This document shows, piece after piece, positions 61,369 through 64,000 of a stretch of DNA of 64,000 nucleotides. The notes under the pieces were generated by a model. It was not told where the DNA came from and made no database searches. It saw nothing but the letters and a program-made list of their open reading frames with translations. The position numbers were made by a program, and so were the translations under genes. Position 1 is the stretch's first letter; each line of letters opens with the position of its first letter. This DNA is from Leptolyngbyaceae cyanobacterium (GTDB lineage: Bacteria; Cyanobacteriota; Cyanobacteriia; Phormidesmidales; Phormidesmidaceae), in NCBI GenBank assembly GCA_965263355.1, contig CBDHHL010000032.1, positions 1,984,001 through 2,048,000 of the forward strand, read 5' to 3'.

Positions 61369-64000
61369 CTAAGCCTCCTGAATGCAAAGGGCAATGTTTT
61401 GGATGGCATAAATGCGCATGGTTTCTTTCCATAGGCTGGCATCACCGATTAGGGTGATACGCCCAGCCTCACGTTGAACCTTGGAAACATGAACTTCTAA
61501 ATAGAGCGTTTGGTTATCGGGGGTAATCTGACCGCGATATTTCCAGGTAATGGCATGATTCAGGGCCTGGGCAAAGCGGGGGGACTTAAAACCCTGATCT
61601 ATGCCCTGGTGCAGGGCATACAGCTGCATGGCCTGCAAAATGGTCTCCACACCCAGGGCCCCTGGCATGACCGGATCGTTATAAAAGTGAAAGGGAAAAT
61701 ACCAGTTGCTAGACGAAATTGCTTTTTCGCCGTAGATATAGCCCTGCTGGTGCGTGCCCCCTCCCGGCACCACAATGGCGCGATCCAACAAATCAAAATA
61801 GCCGGTGGCCAGTCGTCCATGGGGTCGCTGGGCAGGAGCCTGGTAGAAACGTTGACGGATAGCTGCATCCTGGAGAATTAACGTCTCTCCTGTGGCCCCG
61901 GCTGACTCATACCAGGTGGGTTGAAGTTGATTGTTGTCCAAGCCTGACTGATTTGCCAACACCTGATCGCTAAAGTAGCCAAAGACCATGGTGCCGCGAT
62001 AGAACGGGTCTCCTTCACAGGAGAGCTGATAGGCAAAGGATTGTAAAATCGTCCCCTCTAGAACATGGGCGGAGGTTAACTCCACCTCATCGGTGATGGT
62101 TTTGCCTCGCAAATCAATCTCTTTGAGCACCGTGGCTTGGCCGTCAATATTGCGGAAATATAGGTCTTCCGAGGGTGACAATAGCGGTGTATCCAAATAG
62201 AGCCCTAGGAAAATGCAGGGCTGACCAGCGATCTCAATGTGGGCGCAGTAGGGGAGATGGGGGTAGTTGTTCTGTTGATAAAACCAGGCGTCAGGGGCAA
62301 CATCATACTCAGTGATGATCTTTGCCCCTGGTTTGAGCTGACGCTCAGCAGGCACCTCCAACACACGACTGACCAGCTGAAAGTCTCGATTGGGAATACG
62401 CACACATCGTCGCTGGTCAAACATGGCAAAATCAGGGCCTAAACAATCGGCCACTCGACCCATGGCCAGAGTCTTAAGGGACTGATCGTCAAAGGCAACA
62501 GGTTTGACGACCGATGGTTTGGGGACTGGCTGGGAAACCGGTTTACCGTAAATCTGTAGGCCGAGATTATCAATGGTGGCAATGACTTTATCACCCCAGC
62601 TTACGCGGATATTTGCGATCGCAAATGGACAAGGAACCAACCCAATTTGGACAATATCCACCTGGTAATGCAATGTCCCTGTTGCCGGGGTGACCTGACC
62701 TCGAAACTGAAAGGCCACTTTACAATCTGGCAGCGGTTGAAATGTGGCTGCCTGGGTCCGGGTTTGCAGCCCCAACCAAAGCAGATAGATCTGTAACAGT
62801 TGAGAGCCGCCTTCTACCATAAGACTCCCAGGCATCGTGGGGTCATTCTTAAAATGACACTGGAAATACCAATCGTCTGGTGTGACTACCTTACTGCCAG
62901 TTACCTGGCCCAACCCTGCGCCACCACCAGTCGCATCCAGAGTCAACACCTGGTCAACCATGAGTAATTGAGCCGGAGGCAGTCGCAGGGACGGGTTGTT
63001 GTCGTGACCATAGGCTGCCCCTAGAACAGCCAGGTTGCCCTGGCTTAACTGTAAAATTTCAGATTGGTTGAGGGCCACTTTCCCACTGTTGAGTAAGGGC
63101 AAAAATGGGTTTTCTGCAGCAGGTATCGCTTTGGGCTGACCAACAATTCCCTGGCCATCGGCCAGTTCCTCATCAGAAAATAACCCAGCACAGCCACCGG
63201 ACAACCGCATCCAACGGGTTCCATCCGCCCAACATTCACCTTCAAAAAAGATCAGCAGACTTTTAGTGGTCTTGACATGGCTGGTAATTTTGACCCGATA
63301 GCGCAGGGTTTGCAATTTCTCAGGCTGAACCGCAAAAAACTCAGAACATAGATCCAGCAGCCGAAACGATCGCTGACCAAGACTCTCAAAGTCACTCCCC
63401 AAATAGCTCAGTAGTAGCAACAATCCATGGCCGGCCTCAGCACAAACGCCAATGGGAACCTGACCGTCGACGGCGTACCAGGGGGTTGGGGGCAGGTCAT
63501 ACTCGGTCTCAACAACACCCGTTTTATAGTTACCCCGTTCGCCGGAGAGTTCAGTCACTCGGCTAACAAATTGATAGGGCGGACTCGGTAATCTAACCCG
63601 TCGCAAATAGCCATCGACAGTGGCATAATCAGGCCCAAACAATCGAGAAACTCGCTCTTCCGTAATCTCTGTAATCTCAGCTACCGTCAAAATTGCGTTT
63701 TTCTCTCTAGCCACGTTATCTCCAGAGGGTCGGGATAACGGTAATGAAATACGCTGGGGCAGCTTAGGTGGAGGCGTACTCTCTGCATACAGCGGTGAAA
63801 GATCTAGTGGAACACGGTGACTGACTAGCTGAGCAAGCACTTTAACAATGGCGGTGTAGTCATTTGTTCCCCGGCGATTAATGCCCACGACCGTATGGTC
63901 CTGCTGTGACAAAATTTCGCCAATCCAACGGGTACAGGTACCCCCAGACCCTAGTTCAATAAAGATGCGGGCCCCATCGGCATAAACCTGATTAACAAGT
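61369..64000 (-). CDS. PfaB/C- or HglC-like PUFA synthase subunit: AT C-terminus plus tandem FabA-type dehydratases (5' end off the window)
   Basis: Frame is open to the window edge (YADGARIFIELGSG = AT end). Two FabA catalytic motifs WYFQCHFKNDPTMPG and WYFPFHFYNDPVMPG with intervening pseudo-DH domains. Confidence 0.9.
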   Translation of the reverse strand, partial: LVNQVYADGARIFIELGSGGTCTRWIGEILSQQDHTVVGINRRGTNDYTAIVKVLAQLVSHRVPLDLSPLYAESTPPPKLPQRISLPLSRPSGDNVAREKNAILTVAEITEITEERVSRLFGPDYATVDGYLRRVRLPSPPYQFVSRVTELSGERGNYKTGVVETEYDLPPTPWYAVDGQVPIGVCAEAGHGLLLLLSYLGSDFESLGQRSFRLLDLCSEFFAVQPEKLQTLRYRVKITSHVKTTKSLLIFFEGECWADGTRWMRLSGGCAGLFSDEELADGQGIVGQPKAIPAAENPFLPLLNSGKVALNQSEILQLSQGNLAVLGAAYGHDNNPSLRLPPAQLLMVDQVLTLDATGGGAGLGQVTGSKVVTPDDWYFQCHFKNDPTMPGSLMVEGGSQLLQIYLLWLGLQTRTQAATFQPLPDCKVAFQFRGQVTPATGTLHYQVDIVQIGLVPCPFAIANIRVSWGDKVIATIDNLGLQIYGKPVSQPVPKPSVVKPVAFDDQSLKTLAMGRVADCLGPDFAMFDQRRCVRIPNRDFQLVSRVLEVPAERQLKPGAKIITEYDVAPDAWFYQQNNYPHLPYCAHIEIAGQPCIFLGLYLDTPLLSPSEDLYFRNIDGQATVLKEIDLRGKTITDEVELTSAHVLEGTILQSFAYQLSCEGDPFYRGTMVFGYFSDQVLANQSGLDNNQLQPTWYESAGATGETLILQDAAIRQRFYQAPAQRPHGRLATGYFDLLDRAIVVPGGGTHQQGYIYGEKAISSSNWYFPFHFYNDPVMPGALGVETILQAMQLYALHQGIDQGFKSPRFAQALNHAITWKYRGQITPDNQTLYLEVHVSKVQREAGRITLIGDASLWKETMRIYAIQNIALCIQEA

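Larger units (their letters stand above)
5489..62622. repeat. HIP1 octamer GCGATCGC, dispersed
   Basis: At least 20 copies seen by eye, e.g. 5489, 7311, 23181, 41971, 55541, 62615; typical of cyanobacteria. Confidence 0.85.

Noticed and set aside
41796..63245. Many 60-150 aa ORFs antisense or out of frame within the BGC and other genes
   Set aside because: Fully overlap long motif-bearing CDSs and show no recognisable motifs; shadow ORFs.
1..64000. CRISPR array, tRNA, rRNA, transposase or integrase genes
   Set aside because: No regularly spaced repeat-spacer units, cloverleaf or rRNA-like tracts, or DDE/HUH/tyrosine-recombinase ORFs were recognised.
59798..64000. Calling this the heterocyst glycolipid (hgl) island
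   Set aside because: PfaD here is stand-alone, without the ACP-thioester-reductase of HglB/HetM; there is no hetN/hetI/hglT context, and it is followed by modular PKS/NRPS genes.

Overview
Cyanobacterial chromosomal segment: at least 20 HIP1 GCGATCGC octamers, PEP-CTERM proteins, a RexT-trxA pair and a CrtL cyclase. 1-18 kb is a signalling-dense region: a GAF-PAS kinase, two dCache hybrid kinases, an orphan RbsB-like lipoprotein, a REC-GGDEF-EAL protein and a REC kinase. It is interrupted by a duplicated AraC-box/SDR unit and a decayed hybrid kinase. 18-28 kb carries housekeeping-like genes: Crp, GT87, FAD oxidoreductase, trxA/rexT, glycerate kinase, lycopene cyclase and a divergent transketolase. 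28.5-41.6 kb is an AT-richer block with RND/MFP efflux, a frameshifted epimerase, three PEP-CTERM proteins, DUF4386, MFS and a REC-AraC regulator. 41.8-64 kb (running off the window) is a minus-strand hybrid biosynthetic cluster and the most interesting system here. It comprises a PfaC/HglC-like AT-DH-DH protein, a PfaD enoyl reductase, a free ACP, three modular PKSs (two with dead, truncated ATs, one frameshifted, the last ending ACP-C-ACP) and a carrier-less, Ser-type A-C NRPS with no thioesterase in view. The predicted product is a PUFA-synthase-primed, polyketide-extended N-acyl-serine-type lipid (inference). Several MITE/REP-like elements were also found. All calls come from motif reading; no database search was run.
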